The notes below the pieces were generated by a model that worked only from the letters and a program-made list of their open reading frames with translations, had not been told where the DNA came from and did no database searches. A DNA stretch of 64,000 nucleotides from Vicinamibacteria bacterium (GTDB taxonomy: Bacteria > Acidobacteriota > Vicinamibacteria > Marinacidobacterales > Marinacidobacteraceae): NCBI GenBank assembly GCA_965199715.1, contig OZ241322.1:1344001-1408000 (forward strand), given 5' to 3'. Positions 1 to 9,925 of this stretch are shown here, piece after piece (within the stretch, counting starts at the first letter, position 1; the number at the start of each line of letters is the position of its first letter). Made by a program: the position numbers and the translations under genes.

Positions 1-992
1 ACCGGGGCTTCGTAGCCCGGGACGAGGCGCCGGTAGGAGTTCATCGTCGGGCAGGTGAACGCGAGCAGGGACGCCGCGTGCTTGAGGATGCCCCCGATGA
101 ACCAGCGCCCGGCGTCGCTGACTCCGGCGTAGCCCTTCGGGTCATAGAAGGTGTTCCGGCCGCCGTGCCAGAGGCTGACGTGGCAGTGCATTCCGGAGCC
201 GTTGTCCCCGAAGAGCGGCTTCGGCATGAAGGTGGCCGTCTTTCCGTGGGCGTGGGCGGTGTTCTTGACGATGTACTTGAACTTCGTCATCGAGTCCGCC
301 ATCGTGAGGATGTCGGCGTACTTCAGCCCGATCTCGCACTGGCCGCCGCTGCCCACTTCCTGGTGGTGGAGCTCGGCGTCCACGCCGCACGCGCGCAGCT
401 TCGTGACCATGTCCGAGCGGACGTTCTGGTATGGATCCGTCGGAGGCATGCGGAAGTACGCCTGTTTCAGCCGCGGCTTGTGGCCGAGGTTCGGAGTCTC
501 GACGCGCCCGGAGTTCCAGCCGCCGATCACCGAGTCCACCCGGTAGAACGCCTCGTTGACGGTCTGGTCGAACCGGACGTCGTCGAAGATGTAGAACTCG
601 GCCTCGGGGCCGAAGTAGCAGGTGTCCGCGAGCCGGGACGTGCTCAGGAAGCGCTTCGCCTTCTCGACGATGTTCCTAGGGTCGCGCGGATAGAGCTCGA
701 GCGAGATCGGGTCCTTGACGTTGCAGATGAACGCGAGCGTGGGCTCCTCGTAGAACGGATCCACGAACGCGGTGTCGGGATCGGGGCGCAGGAGCATGTC
801 GCTCTTGTCGATCGCCTGGAAGCCGCGGACCGAGGACCCGTCGAACCCGATCCCCTTGACGAACATGTCCTCGTCGAAGGCGCTGATGGAGTAGGTGATG
901 TGGTACCACGCGCCGAGCAGGTCCACGAAGCGAAAGTCGACGAAGCGGATGTTGCCGTCCGAAATGGCCCGGCGAACGCTGCGTAGGGACAC
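1..992 (-). CDS. glnA: Glutamine synthetase type I, 3' end runs off the window
   Basis: Manual translation from GTG at 992 (GGAGG upstream): VSLRSVRRAISDGNIRFVDFRFVDLLGAWYHITY..FDGSSV..GPEAEFY..HHQEVG..TFMPKPLFGDNGSGMHCH. Missing from the ORF track because it is truncated. Confidence 0.96.
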   Translation of the reverse strand, partial: MSLRSVRRAISDGNIRFVDFRFVDLLGAWYHITYSISAFDEDMFVKGIGFDGSSVRGFQAIDKSDMLLRPDPDTAFVDPFYEEPTLAFICNVKDPISLELYPRDPRNIVEKAKRFLSTSRLADTCYFGPEAEFYIFDDVRFDQTVNEAFYRVDSVIGGWNSGRVETPNLGHKPRLKQAYFRMPPTDPYQNVRSDMVTKLRACGVDAELHHQEVGSGGQCEIGLKYADILTMADSMTKFKYIVKNTAHAHGKTATFMPKPLFGDNGSGMHCHVSLWHGGRNTFYDPKGYAGVSDAGRWFIGGILKHAASLLAFTCPTMNSYRRLVPGYEAP

Positions 993-1001
993 GGAACCTC
1001 C

Positions 1002-1343
1002 TCAGCCGATGGCCTGCGACCCGCGTTCGCCGGTGCGGATGCGAACGACGTCCCAGAGGTCGGTGATGAAGATCTTCCCGTCCCCGGCCTCCCCGGTCTG
1101 CGTCGCCCGCAGGATCGCCTGGATGGCGCGATCCACGAAGTCCTCGTTCACCGCGATGTCCACGCGGATCCGCTTGAGGATGTCCACCTGGGTCTGGACG
1201 CCCCGGAAGGTGGCGGCGTACCCCTTCTGGGTGCCGTGGCCCACTCCGGCGGCCACCGAGAACTTGTGGATCTGGGCGCCGAACAGCTCTTCCTGCACGC
1301 GGGGAAGACTCTCCGGCTGAAGGATGGCGGTCACTAGTTTCAT
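1002..1343 (-). CDS. glnK: P-II nitrogen regulatory protein
   Basis: 113 aa; TGEAGDGKIF B-loop and RIRTGERG C-loop; lies between amtB and glnA. Confidence 0.93.
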   Translation of the reverse strand: MKLVTAILQPESLPRVQEELFGAQIHKFSVAAGVGHGTQKGYAATFRGVQTQVDILKRIRVDIAVNEDFVDRAIQAILRATQTGEAGDGKIFITDLWDVVRIRTGERGSQAIG

Positions 1344-1383
1344 GCTGCCGAACCCCTTGTGGAGCGGTGCGCGATTCCCGGGC

Positions 1384-2700
1384 TCAGGAACTCAGGATCT
1401 GGAATCCGGAGTAGGACTCCATCCCGTGCTCGTTGAGGTCGAGGCCGCGGATCTCCTCCTCGCGGCTGACCCGGAGGCCGAGCACCGCGTCGATCGCGAG
1501 GAACACGAGTCCCATGGAAAGGAAGACGAAGGCGCCCGACGCCAACCCGCCCAGCGCCTGGATCCCGAGCTGCTCGAAGCCGCCGCCGTAGAAGAGCCCC
1601 TCGGTCGCGACCCCAAGCGACTCGCGCCCCCACAGGCCGACCGTGAGGGTTCCCCAGAACCCGCACAGGCCGTGGACCGGGAACGCGCCGCAGGGATCGT
1701 CGATGCGCAGCTTGTCGAGGATGCGCACGCCGATGATCACCGCGACGCCGCCGGTCATGCCGATCCAGACCGAGGCGGCCGGGCTCACCACGGCGCAGGG
1801 CGCGGTGATCGACACGAGGCCGGCGAGCGCGCCGTTCATCGTGAAGAACAGGTCCGGCTTGCCGTAGAGGACCCACGACAGCGCCGTCGTGATGAGCGCT
1901 CCGGCCGACGCCGCGAGGTTCGTGTTGATGGCGATCAGCGAGATGAGTTCGCCGTCGCCCACCGAGAGCGCGGACCCGGGATTGAAGCCGAACCACCCGA
2001 ACCAGAGGATGAACACGCCGAGCGACGCGAGCGGCACCGAGTGGCCGGAGATGAAGTTGATGGAGCCGTCGGCGTTGTACCGGCCGAGCCGGGGGCCGAG
2101 GATCCAGGCGCCGACCAGCGCGGCGACGCCGCCGGTCATGTGCACCACGGTGGAGCCGGCGAAGTCGAAGAAGTTCAACCCGGCGAGCCAGCCGCCGCCC
2201 CACGTCCAGTGGCCGACGACCGGATACACGAACGCCGAGATGACGAACGAGTAGGCGAGGTACGCGGTGAACCGCATCCGCTCCGCCATGCCGCCGGCCA
2301 CGATCGTGGCCGCCGCCCCGCAAAACGCCGCCTGGAACAGCCAGAACGCCCAGATCGGAACGTCCGCGCCGGACTCCGCCCCGACGAGCAGGAACCCGCT
2401 GGTGCCGAAGAGCGGGTTGCCCTCCGAGAACATGATCGCGTAGCCGAAGATGAAGAACCCGAGCGACGCCATGCAGTAGTCGAGGAAGTTCTTCGTGAGG
2501 ATGTTGCAGGTGTTCTTGGCGCGGATGAAGCCGGCCTCGAGCAGCCCGAAGCCCGCCTGCATGAAGAACACGAGGAAGGCGGACATCAGGATGAACATCG
2601 TGTCCAGTCCCACGGCGCTGATCGGCCCCCCGTCCTGGGCGAACGCCGGAGAGGCCGCGGCCAGCGCCGTCACCCCGAACAACAGGAGTCGCCTCGTCAT
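1384..2700 (-). CDS. amtB: Ammonium transporter
   Basis: FFMQAGF, GGMAERM, DFAGSTVVH, WFGWFGFN, DDPCGAFPVH, RGLD motifs; start moved to ATG 2700 (MTRRLLLF signal peptide, AGGAG upstream). Confidence 0.96.
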   Translation of the reverse strand: MTRRLLLFGVTALAAASPAFAQDGGPISAVGLDTMFILMSAFLVFFMQAGFGLLEAGFIRAKNTCNILTKNFLDYCMASLGFFIFGYAIMFSEGNPLFGTSGFLLVGAESGADVPIWAFWLFQAAFCGAAATIVAGGMAERMRFTAYLAYSFVISAFVYPVVGHWTWGGGWLAGLNFFDFAGSTVVHMTGGVAALVGAWILGPRLGRYNADGSINFISGHSVPLASLGVFILWFGWFGFNPGSALSVGDGELISLIAINTNLAASAGALITTALSWVLYGKPDLFFTMNGALAGLVSITAPCAVVSPAASVWIGMTGGVAVIIGVRILDKLRIDDPCGAFPVHGLCGFWGTLTVGLWGRESLGVATEGLFYGGGFEQLGIQALGGLASGAFVFLSMGLVFLAIDAVLGLRVSREEEIRGLDLNEHGMESYSGFQILSS

Positions 2701-2828
2701 CGAATCAGTCTCCTGGGACAATCCCCGGCGGGGCGGCCGCCATCCCCGCTGGCGCAGCCGCAATCGACCACCTTCTCCCGCCGAAGGTATCAGACGCGGC
2801 GCGCGGCGCGTCTTCCGGGGACTTCGGT

Positions 2829-3198
2829 TGGTGGAGGCGGCGGGAATCGAACCCGCGTCCGGAGAGCTTCCACGGCGACCTCTACATGATTAGCCGAGTT
2901 GTCCTGGCTCCGCGCCCGAGGGCGCTTCGCCGTCTCGCGATCGAACCGGATCAACGCGGCGAAACGCGACCCGATCGCCAGCCCTTGGTCTCGCCGGCGG
3001 ATCGGGCAGGCCCGCCGGCCAGTTCACCTGATCGACGCCCGATCCTGCCCGGTGAACGGGAACAGGGCGGACGTGGCGGCCTTAAGCCGCCAGGGCCAGT
3101 TCGTTGTCGGCCTTTGTGTTTTTCCACCGTTTGCGAGAGGTGGACCCACGTCATGCAATCGCCGCTTCACTTCCCCCCGTCGAACCCAGTACGCCCCC
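2829..3198 (-). ncRNA. ssrA: tmRNA (transfer-messenger RNA)
   Basis: 5' end GGGGGCGTACTGGGTTCGACGG; 3' end GGACGCGGGTTCGATTCCCGCCGCCTCCACCA; internal tag frame GCC GAC AAC GAA CTG GCC CTG GCG GCT TAA = ADNELALAA* (3111-3082). Confidence 0.97.
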
Positions 3199-3266
3199 TT
3201 CCAACTCATTGAAGGAAAGATGCTTATGTCCAGGAATGCCTTCCGGAGGAACGCAAGGCAACGTGG

Positions 3267-3273
3267 TAGTGTA
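3267..3273. promoter_or_regulatory. Putative bidirectional -10 element TAGTGTA
   Basis: TAGTGT on + lies 6 nt before ATG 3279; TACACT on - points into ssrA. Confidence 0.5.
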
Positions 3274-3278
3274 GCACC

Positions 3279-5462
3279 ATGGCACGGGTCAGGGCGCAGG
3301 GCGCGGCCGCAGTCCTCCTCGCCGCCGTGGCGGTGGGGGCGCAGGCGCAGGAATCAGACCGGCGATGGGTTCCGTGGACGGGCCTCGCCGCGCTCGACGG
3401 CGACCTGGCGCGGGTGCGCGAGGCGGCGCTGGCGTCGGGATCGGCCCGCCGGGACGCGCTGCGCGAGCTCGCCGGCGACGAGTCGCTGACCGGGCGGGCC
3501 CGGGGCGCGGCGTCGTTCCGGCTCGGGACGCTCGAACTGGACCGCAGCCGCTGGAGCGCGGCGCTCGACGCCTTCGACCATCCCGGGATCGGCGCGCTGC
3601 GCCCCGACGCGCTGCTGCGCGCCGGGAAGGACCTTCCGGCGGCCCGAACCCAGGACGCGATCGAGCGCCTCGAGGCGCTTCTCGCCGATCATCCGGACTG
3701 GACCGAGGCCGACCGCGCCCGCGTCGAGCTGGCGCGCCGGCTGCGCGATTCGCGGCGGCACGAGGACGCGCTCGCGACCTACGGCGCGGTCGAGCGGGCC
3801 AGCCTCAGGGGCGACGCGCTCGCGGGACAGGCGCACAGCCTCGAGGCGCTCGGGCGGCGCGAGGAGGCGGCGCGGGCGCTCGAGACCCTCTACTACGACA
3901 TGCCGGCGCACCCACAGTCGCTGCCCGCGGGACGGCGCCTCTCGGATCTGTACAAGTCGTCCTCGGTGCGGTCCCCGCCGCCGGCCGAGCGCTATCCCGG
4001 GGCGATGCGCCGCGCCGCCGGCTTCGCCCGCGCCGGCGACCACCGCCGGGCGCACCAGAATTACCTCGAGGTCGCGAACCGGTTCTCCGCCGCCGCCGAC
4101 TCCGAGCTGGTTCGGCTGCGCATCGGAGTCTCGGAATTCCACCGGGGACGGCTGAGCGCGTCGCTGCGGACCCTGCTCCGGGTGAAGCGGGAGGATCTGC
4201 TTCCCGAGGCGCTCTACTACCGGGGGGAGTCGCTGCGGCGGCTGGACCGGGTGAGCCGCCAGACCGACGTGCTGGAGGAGCTGCTGGCGCTGCCGGGCGA
4301 GCACCCGTTCCGCGCCCGGGCGCTCTACAGCCTCGCCCGGAGCCGGCTCGCCGACAACGACCGCGTGGGCGCCCTTCCGTTCCTCGCGCGCCTCGCCGAG
4401 CTCCCGCCCGGTTCGGAGCGCCACCTGTTCGCGCTATGGCACGTGCTGTGGGACCGCTACCGCAACGGCGACCACGACGGGCTGGCGGACGAATTCGAGG
4501 CCGCGGCGCGGGAGAACCCCGGCGAGTTCATGGCCGGCCAGTTCCTGTACTTCGCCGGACGGGTGGAGGACGAGGCGGGCGACCGCGACCGGGCGGCCGG
4601 GCTGTACCGGGAGGTCGTGCTCGGATACCGGAACTCGTTCTACGGGCGGATGGCGGGCGAGCGGCTCGCCGCGATCGCGGGCGAGGACGCGCTGCGCGGC
4701 CCCGAGGTGGAGCGGGCGCTCATCCTCGACCGGTTCCGGGTCCGCCGCGAGGACGGCGCCCGCGAGGTCGAGGGCCTCTACGCGGCGGGTCTCGCCGGCG
4801 CCGCCTCGAGCACGGCGGCGGCGCTCGCCCGCGCCGGGGAGCCCGACGACGCCGCCTTCGAGGCGATGCGGGGCTGGCTCGAGAGCCGGCGCCGGCGCAA
4901 CGTCCCGGCGATCCAGGCGCTCCAGCGGGCGGCTCCGTTCCACACCTCGATCGCGGGCGACGAGCTGCCGGAAGCCTTCTGGCGCATCTTCTACCCGCTC
5001 GACTACGAGGAGGGGATCCGCGCCGGGGCCGAACGCTGGAACCTCGATCCGCACCTCGTCGCCGCGCTGATCCGGCAGGAGTCGGCGTTCACCGCCCGCA
5101 CGACCTCGCCGGTGGGGGCGCGCGGGCTCATGCAGATCATGCCGCCCACCGGTCGGGCGCTGGCCCGGACCGAGGGCATCTCGTTCTCGACCCGCCGCCT
5201 GTACGACCCCGACGTGAACATCCGCCTCGGCACCCGCTACTTCCGCCAGCTTCTCGAGGAGTTCGGCCAGCGGCCCGACTACGCGCTCGCCGGATACAAC
5301 GCCGGGCCGCACCGGGTGCGCCGGTGGAGCGACGGCGACCTCGACATCCCGCTCGAGGTCTGGGTCGAGGAGATTCCGTTCACCGAGACCCGCAACTACG
5401 TGAAGCTCATCATGCGGAACGAGATGATGTACCGGCGCCTGTACCCCGGGCTCGCCGAGTGA
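3279..5462 (+). CDS. Soluble lytic transglycosylase (Slt70-like) with TPR-like repeats
   Basis: Signal peptide; C-terminal IRQES, GARGLMQIMP, AGYNAGP, IPFTETRNYV motifs. Confidence 0.93.
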   Translation: MARVRAQGAAAVLLAAVAVGAQAQESDRRWVPWTGLAALDGDLARVREAALASGSARRDALRELAGDESLTGRARGAASFRLGTLELDRSRWSAALDAFDHPGIGALRPDALLRAGKDLPAARTQDAIERLEALLADHPDWTEADRARVELARRLRDSRRHEDALATYGAVERASLRGDALAGQAHSLEALGRREEAARALETLYYDMPAHPQSLPAGRRLSDLYKSSSVRSPPPAERYPGAMRRAAGFARAGDHRRAHQNYLEVANRFSAAADSELVRLRIGVSEFHRGRLSASLRTLLRVKREDLLPEALYYRGESLRRLDRVSRQTDVLEELLALPGEHPFRARALYSLARSRLADNDRVGALPFLARLAELPPGSERHLFALWHVLWDRYRNGDHDGLADEFEAAARENPGEFMAGQFLYFAGRVEDEAGDRDRAAGLYREVVLGYRNSFYGRMAGERLAAIAGEDALRGPEVERALILDRFRVRREDGAREVEGLYAAGLAGAASSTAAALARAGEPDDAAFEAMRGWLESRRRRNVPAIQALQRAAPFHTSIAGDELPEAFWRIFYPLDYEEGIRAGAERWNLDPHLVAALIRQESAFTARTTSPVGARGLMQIMPPTGRALARTEGISFSTRRLYDPDVNIRLGTRYFRQLLEEFGQRPDYALAGYNAGPHRVRRWSDGDLDIPLEVWVEEIPFTETRNYVKLIMRNEMMYRRLYPGLAE

Positions 5463-6625
5463 GCGAGGCGCGCCGGCGGACCAGCGGCAAGATCGCCCGA
5501 TTCACCGAGTCGGTGATCCGGGAGATGACCCGCCTGTGCAACGAACGCGGCGGGATCAACCTCGCGCAGGGGTTTCCCGACTTTCCCGCCCCGGCGGAGG
5601 TCAAGGAGGCCGCGGTCGCCGCCATCCGGCGGGACGTGAACCAGTACGCGATCACCTGGGGCGCGAAATCGCTGCGCGACGCGCTCGCCGAGCGGTATCG
5701 CGCCGCCTACGGCATGGACGTGAACCCCGAGACCGACCTCACGGTCGCGTGCGGCTCGACCGAGGCCATGCTGGCGTCGCTGCTGGCGGTCGTGGATCCG
5801 GGCGACGAGGTGATCGTGTTCGAGCCGTTCTACGAGAACTACGGTCCCGACGCGGTGCTGTGCGGCGCGACCGCGCGCTACGTGCGCCTTCGCGAGCCGG
5901 ACTGGAGCATCGATCCGGCGGAGCTCGAGGCCGCGGTCACGCCGCGCGCGCGGGCGATCATCGTCAACAGCCCCCAGAACCCGAGCGGCAAGGTGTTCTC
6001 GCGTGAGGAGCTTCTGGAGATCGCCCGGGTCTGCCGCGAGCGCGACCTGATCGCGATCACCGACGAGATCTACGAGTACATGACCTACGACGGGGCCGAG
6101 CACGTCCCGCTCGCGACGCTGCCGGGCATGGCCGAGCGGACGATCACGATCAGCGGGCTCTCGAAGTCCTACTCGGTCACCGGCTGGCGGGTCGGCTGGA
6201 CCGTGGCCAGCCCGGAGATCACCGGGGCGATCCGCAAGGTCCACGACTTCCTCACCGTCGGGGCCGCCGCTCCCCTGCAGGAGGCGGGCGCCGTCGCGCT
6301 GCGGCTCCCCGAGTCCTATCGCCAAGAGCTCCGAGAGCGCTACCGGGAACGCCGCGACCTGATGCTCGCGGCGCTCACGGACGCCGGGTTCCGCTGCTTC
6401 GAGCCGCGCGGGGCCTACTACGTGATGACCGACATCTCCGGCTTCGGGTTTCCCGACGACGTCGCCTTCGCCCGCCACCTCGTGGAGCAGGTCGGCGTGG
6501 CCGCCGTGCCCGGCTCGAGCTTCTACCGGGACGGCGGGGCGGGACGGCAGCGGCTTCGCTTCACCTTCTGCAAGGAACTCTCGACGCTGCGGGAAGCGGC
6601 GAGGCGGCTGCGGACCCTGCGGTGA
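5459..6625 (+). CDS. PLP-dependent aminotransferase class I/II
   Basis: GTG overlapping the upstream stop; INLAQGFPDF, NSPQNPSG, DEIY, SKSYSVTGWRVG. Confidence 0.93.
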   Translation: MSEARRRTSGKIARFTESVIREMTRLCNERGGINLAQGFPDFPAPAEVKEAAVAAIRRDVNQYAITWGAKSLRDALAERYRAAYGMDVNPETDLTVACGSTEAMLASLLAVVDPGDEVIVFEPFYENYGPDAVLCGATARYVRLREPDWSIDPAELEAAVTPRARAIIVNSPQNPSGKVFSREELLEIARVCRERDLIAITDEIYEYMTYDGAEHVPLATLPGMAERTITISGLSKSYSVTGWRVGWTVASPEITGAIRKVHDFLTVGAAAPLQEAGAVALRLPESYRQELRERYRERRDLMLAALTDAGFRCFEPRGAYYVMTDISGFGFPDDVAFARHLVEQVGVAAVPGSSFYRDGGAGRQRLRFTFCKELSTLREAARRLRTLR

Positions 6626-8502
6626 TCCTCGCGCTGGCGCTCCTCACCGCCGCCGTCCAGGCGCCGGTGGAGCGCGCATGGGCCGCGATCGAGGAATCGA
6701 ACCGGTTCGTTCCCGAGGAGTGGGCCGGGGAGACGCCCGAGGGGCGGATCGTCCTCGACGAACTCACGACCGCCGCCCGCGCCACGTACCGAAGCCGCCG
6801 CGCCGGCTTCCGGGCGACGCTCGGGCGCGCGCTCGCGGAGGCCGGCCGGCCGGAGGCGGCGCTGATCGAACTGCGGCGGGCGGCGGCGCTCGCGCCGAAC
6901 CCGGAGACCTTCGAGGCCATCGCCGCGCTCCCCGGCCTTCCGATCGCCGAACGGGTGGAGGCGCTGCTGCTCGGCTGGCGGGCGGGCGGCGGACGCGATC
7001 CGTCGATCCGCGACGCGCTCGCCGCGACCGGGGCGTTTCCCCACGCCGACGCGATGGCGGCGGCGGTCGAGCGCTTTCGCTTCGGCGGTCCGGAGAGGGA
7101 CCGGCTGCGCATCCCGGACGCGGTGGCGCTCGGGGAGTTCCCGTTTCCGGAGATGAGCCTCGCGGTCTCGGGCGGGGTCTGGTCCAGCCGGCGCTCGTTC
7201 GGGGAGGGGCGCGTCGTCGTGGTCTATCTGCCGCGCGCCGGCTGCGGGCGCTGCGGCGAAGTCCTCGACGGCTTGCAGACGATGCTGCGGACGCGGGGCG
7301 CGGACGTGATCGCGGCCGTCGAGGACGCCGACCTGCCGCTCGTGACCCGGATCGCCGAGCTGGCGGGCGCGGGGTTCTTCCAGCCGGAGCCGCAAGTCGC
7401 CTCGACCCGCGCCCGCATCGGCGGGAGGCCCATCGCGCACGTCGTCCGCCGCGCGGTCGTGCCGCCCGAGTTCGACGAAGAGGGGACGCTGTGGGTCGCG
7501 ACGCGGTCGGGGTTCCTCGTCTTCCGGGCGCCGCTCGGCGAGGATCCGGTCCGCCGCTCGGTCGGGCCGCTCCTGCGGCTTTTCGACGAGCCGCCGTTTC
7601 CGGGCGGCGCGAAGCCGCTGGCTGGGCCTCCCGACGACGCTGAGGGGCTGATCCGGGCCATCGCCCCGCTGGAGGCGCTCGGGAACCCGGTCGGCGCGCT
7701 GGAGGAGCGCCTCGCCGAAGCGGTGCGCCGGGAGCTACGGACCGGCGGCGACCCGATGGCGCTGCTGGAGCGCGCGTCCGCGATCCGGGCGGGCGACCTC
7801 GCGCGCCGTCGGCTGCTCTCGGCCCGCTTCCCCCGGATCGGGGACCGGCTGCTGGAGGCCGCGCAAGGCCTCGATCCGACGATCCTCCGGGCCAGCGCGA
7901 GCGGCCTCCTGCGCACCGCGGTCGGCGACGGGAGCGTCGGACTCCAGCGCGCCTACGAGCGCGAGGACGGGAGCGTCGTACTGCTCCACGCGACCGTCGG
8001 CGCGGACGGCGCGGCGCAAGCGCTCGAGGTCGTCCCCGGACCGGCGGGCGGCGTGGTCCGGGCGGAGGACGGGTTCCGTTTCGCGCACGGCGCGTGCGTC
8101 TCGTGGGGCGAAACCGCGTGCCCGGCGCAGTTGCGGGGCTCGGCCGTGGTTGTGCGGCTCAGCCAGCTCGTGACCGAGGGGGACGCGCCCATGATCCAGC
8201 GCCGGGTGGACGGCGGCTCCGAGGACGAAGCGGTCGCGGCGCTCCTGCGGGGCCTCGACGCCTTCGCCGAGGGCCGCTGGGAGGACGCGGCGCGGGCGTT
8301 CGAGGCGGCGGTTCCCGGACCCGGCTCGCCGGTGGAGGAGGCCGCGCGGCGCTACAACCTCGCGACGACGCTCGCGCGCCTCGGCGACCGGGACGCGGCG
8401 CTCGGCATGCTCGAGGAGATCGGCGACGCGACCTTCCATCCGCTCGTCGAGAGCGCGGTGCGCGAGCTTTACCGGGCTACTCCAGACCCACGAGTCCCTT
8501 GA
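6622..8502 (+). CDS. Secreted hypothetical protein with TPR-like ends and a thioredoxin-like CxxC segment
   Basis: Signal peptide, GTGA coupling to upstream gene, VVVVYLPRAGCGRC, C-terminal RYNLA TPR-like helices. Confidence 0.65.
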   Translation: MILALALLTAAVQAPVERAWAAIEESNRFVPEEWAGETPEGRIVLDELTTAARATYRSRRAGFRATLGRALAEAGRPEAALIELRRAAALAPNPETFEAIAALPGLPIAERVEALLLGWRAGGGRDPSIRDALAATGAFPHADAMAAAVERFRFGGPERDRLRIPDAVALGEFPFPEMSLAVSGGVWSSRRSFGEGRVVVVYLPRAGCGRCGEVLDGLQTMLRTRGADVIAAVEDADLPLVTRIAELAGAGFFQPEPQVASTRARIGGRPIAHVVRRAVVPPEFDEEGTLWVATRSGFLVFRAPLGEDPVRRSVGPLLRLFDEPPFPGGAKPLAGPPDDAEGLIRAIAPLEALGNPVGALEERLAEAVRRELRTGGDPMALLERASAIRAGDLARRRLLSARFPRIGDRLLEAAQGLDPTILRASASGLLRTAVGDGSVGLQRAYEREDGSVVLLHATVGADGAAQALEVVPGPAGGVVRAEDGFRFAHGACVSWGETACPAQLRGSAVVVRLSQLVTEGDAPMIQRRVDGGSEDEAVAALLRGLDAFAEGRWEDAARAFEAAVPGPGSPVEEAARRYNLATTLARLGDRDAALGMLEEIGDATFHPLVESAVRELYRATPDPRVP

Positions 8503-9886
8503 CCGAGTCGATGAGCTTGGCCGAGTCGTAGCCCACGCCGTCCTTGAAGACGGTCACGACGTTGCGGATCTGGAACGGATCCGCCACCGGGTCGCCGTGG
8601 ATGAGCACGAGGTCGGCGATCTTGCCCGGCTCGACGCTGCCGAGGTCGGCGTCCACGCCGAGCACCCGGGCGCCGTTGAGCGACATCACCTGAATCGCCT
8701 CGGCGGGGGTGAACTCGGCCTCGAGCAGCAGCTCGTAGTTGCGCTGGTCCCCGAAACCGGGGAGCGCGCCGCCGTTTCCGGTCGGATCGACTCCGGCGGC
8801 GAGCAGTCCGCCCGCGCGGAAGAACTGGTACTCGAACGCCTGCGCCTTCGGGAAGAGATCGGCGAAGACGGCGTCGCGGGCGCTCGCGATCTCTTCCCGG
8901 CGGGCGAGGTACTCGTCGCGGGCGCCCGGAGACAGCGCCTCGAGGTTGCGGTCCTCGAGCGGCGGCCGCCCGGGGACGGAGAGTTCATAGACCGCGAGCG
9001 TCGAGGTGAGCGCCACGTCGGCGTCGATCATGTGGCTGATGGTTCCCTGGACCGCGTCGGAGCCGACGTCGATGTCGCGCAGCGTGCCCCGGAAGTCGGG
9101 CGGGCACTCGTCGGGGTTCTTGGCCTCGTGGTACTCGGTGTTCGTGAAGAAGCCGTGCTCCAGCGCGTCGATCCCCATGTCCACCGCCTCCCGGAAGGTG
9201 ACCGAGCACAGGTGGCCGGTGAAGCGGAGCCCGAGCTTGTGGGCCTCGTCGATGGCGGCGCCCAGCTCGGCGCGGGAGATCCGGGTGTAGGCCTTGAACC
9301 AGGTGGCGCCTTCCTCGGCCCAGTAGCGCACCACCCGCCGGGCGGACTCCGGGTCGGAGACCTGCGTCATGTAGGTGCTGGCTCCGGTCCCCGAGATGTA
9401 GGGGCCGGTGATGTGCATCCGCGGCCCGGCGATCTCGCCGGCGTCGATCGCCCGGCGCATGTTGATCTCGCTGTACGGCGAGTAGCTGCCGGTGGTGCGG
9501 ATCGTGGTCACCCCGGCGGCGAGGTAGAGGCGCGGCGAGGTCGTGTTCATCTGGGAATGCCGCGCCGCCGTCGTGTAGAAGGTGTGGTTGTGGACCCCCA
9601 CGAGCCCGGGGATGAGCGTGTGGCCGCTCCCGTCGATCCGGCGGGCGTTCTCCGGGATCTCGACGCTCCCGTCCGCGCCCACCGCCTGAATCCGTCCGTC
9701 CGCGATCACGACGGTCCGCCCGCTCGCCGGCGGGGATCCGACGCCGTCCACGACCTGGACTCCGGTGATCGCGACGACCGGCTCGGGAACCGAGACGAAC
9801 CGCTGGACGTTCGCGGAGAGTTCCGACGCGGTCTGGGCGGAGGCGGCGGAAGCGACGAGCGCGGCGAGAAGGAGGAGGGAGCGCAT
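8477..9886 (-). CDS. Secreted amidohydrolase family protein
   Basis: MRSLLLLAAL signal; IPGLVGVHNH, GSVEPGKIADLVLIHGDP. Confidence 0.9.
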   Translation of the reverse strand: MRSLLLLAALVASAASAQTASELSANVQRFVSVPEPVVAITGVQVVDGVGSPPASGRTVVIADGRIQAVGADGSVEIPENARRIDGSGHTLIPGLVGVHNHTFYTTAARHSQMNTTSPRLYLAAGVTTIRTTGSYSPYSEINMRRAIDAGEIAGPRMHITGPYISGTGASTYMTQVSDPESARRVVRYWAEEGATWFKAYTRISRAELGAAIDEAHKLGLRFTGHLCSVTFREAVDMGIDALEHGFFTNTEYHEAKNPDECPPDFRGTLRDIDVGSDAVQGTISHMIDADVALTSTLAVYELSVPGRPPLEDRNLEALSPGARDEYLARREEIASARDAVFADLFPKAQAFEYQFFRAGGLLAAGVDPTGNGGALPGFGDQRNYELLLEAEFTPAEAIQVMSLNGARVLGVDADLGSVEPGKIADLVLIHGDPVADPFQIRNVVTVFKDGVGYDSAKLIDSVKGLVGLE

Positions 9887-9925
9887 CAGCCGATGGTAGC
9901 GAACCGTGCGAGAATTGCGGTTCTC

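Noticed and set aside
2725-2745. Possible sigma-54 promoter before amtB (TGGC-N9-GC on the minus strand)
   Set aside because: Only the GG-N10-GC spacing fits; TGGCAC and TTGC are not matched, and chance hits are common at this GC content.
2829-2862. tRNA-like 3' end (T-arm plus CCA)
   Set aside because: It is the tRNA-like domain of tmRNA; the matching 5' end and tag frame lie upstream on the same strand.
3365-5458. Apparent 1086-aa aminotransferase fusion, and similar long N-terminal extensions in the ORF track
   Set aside because: The extensions overlap upstream genes in another frame; real starts sit at stop/start overlaps or after -10 motifs.
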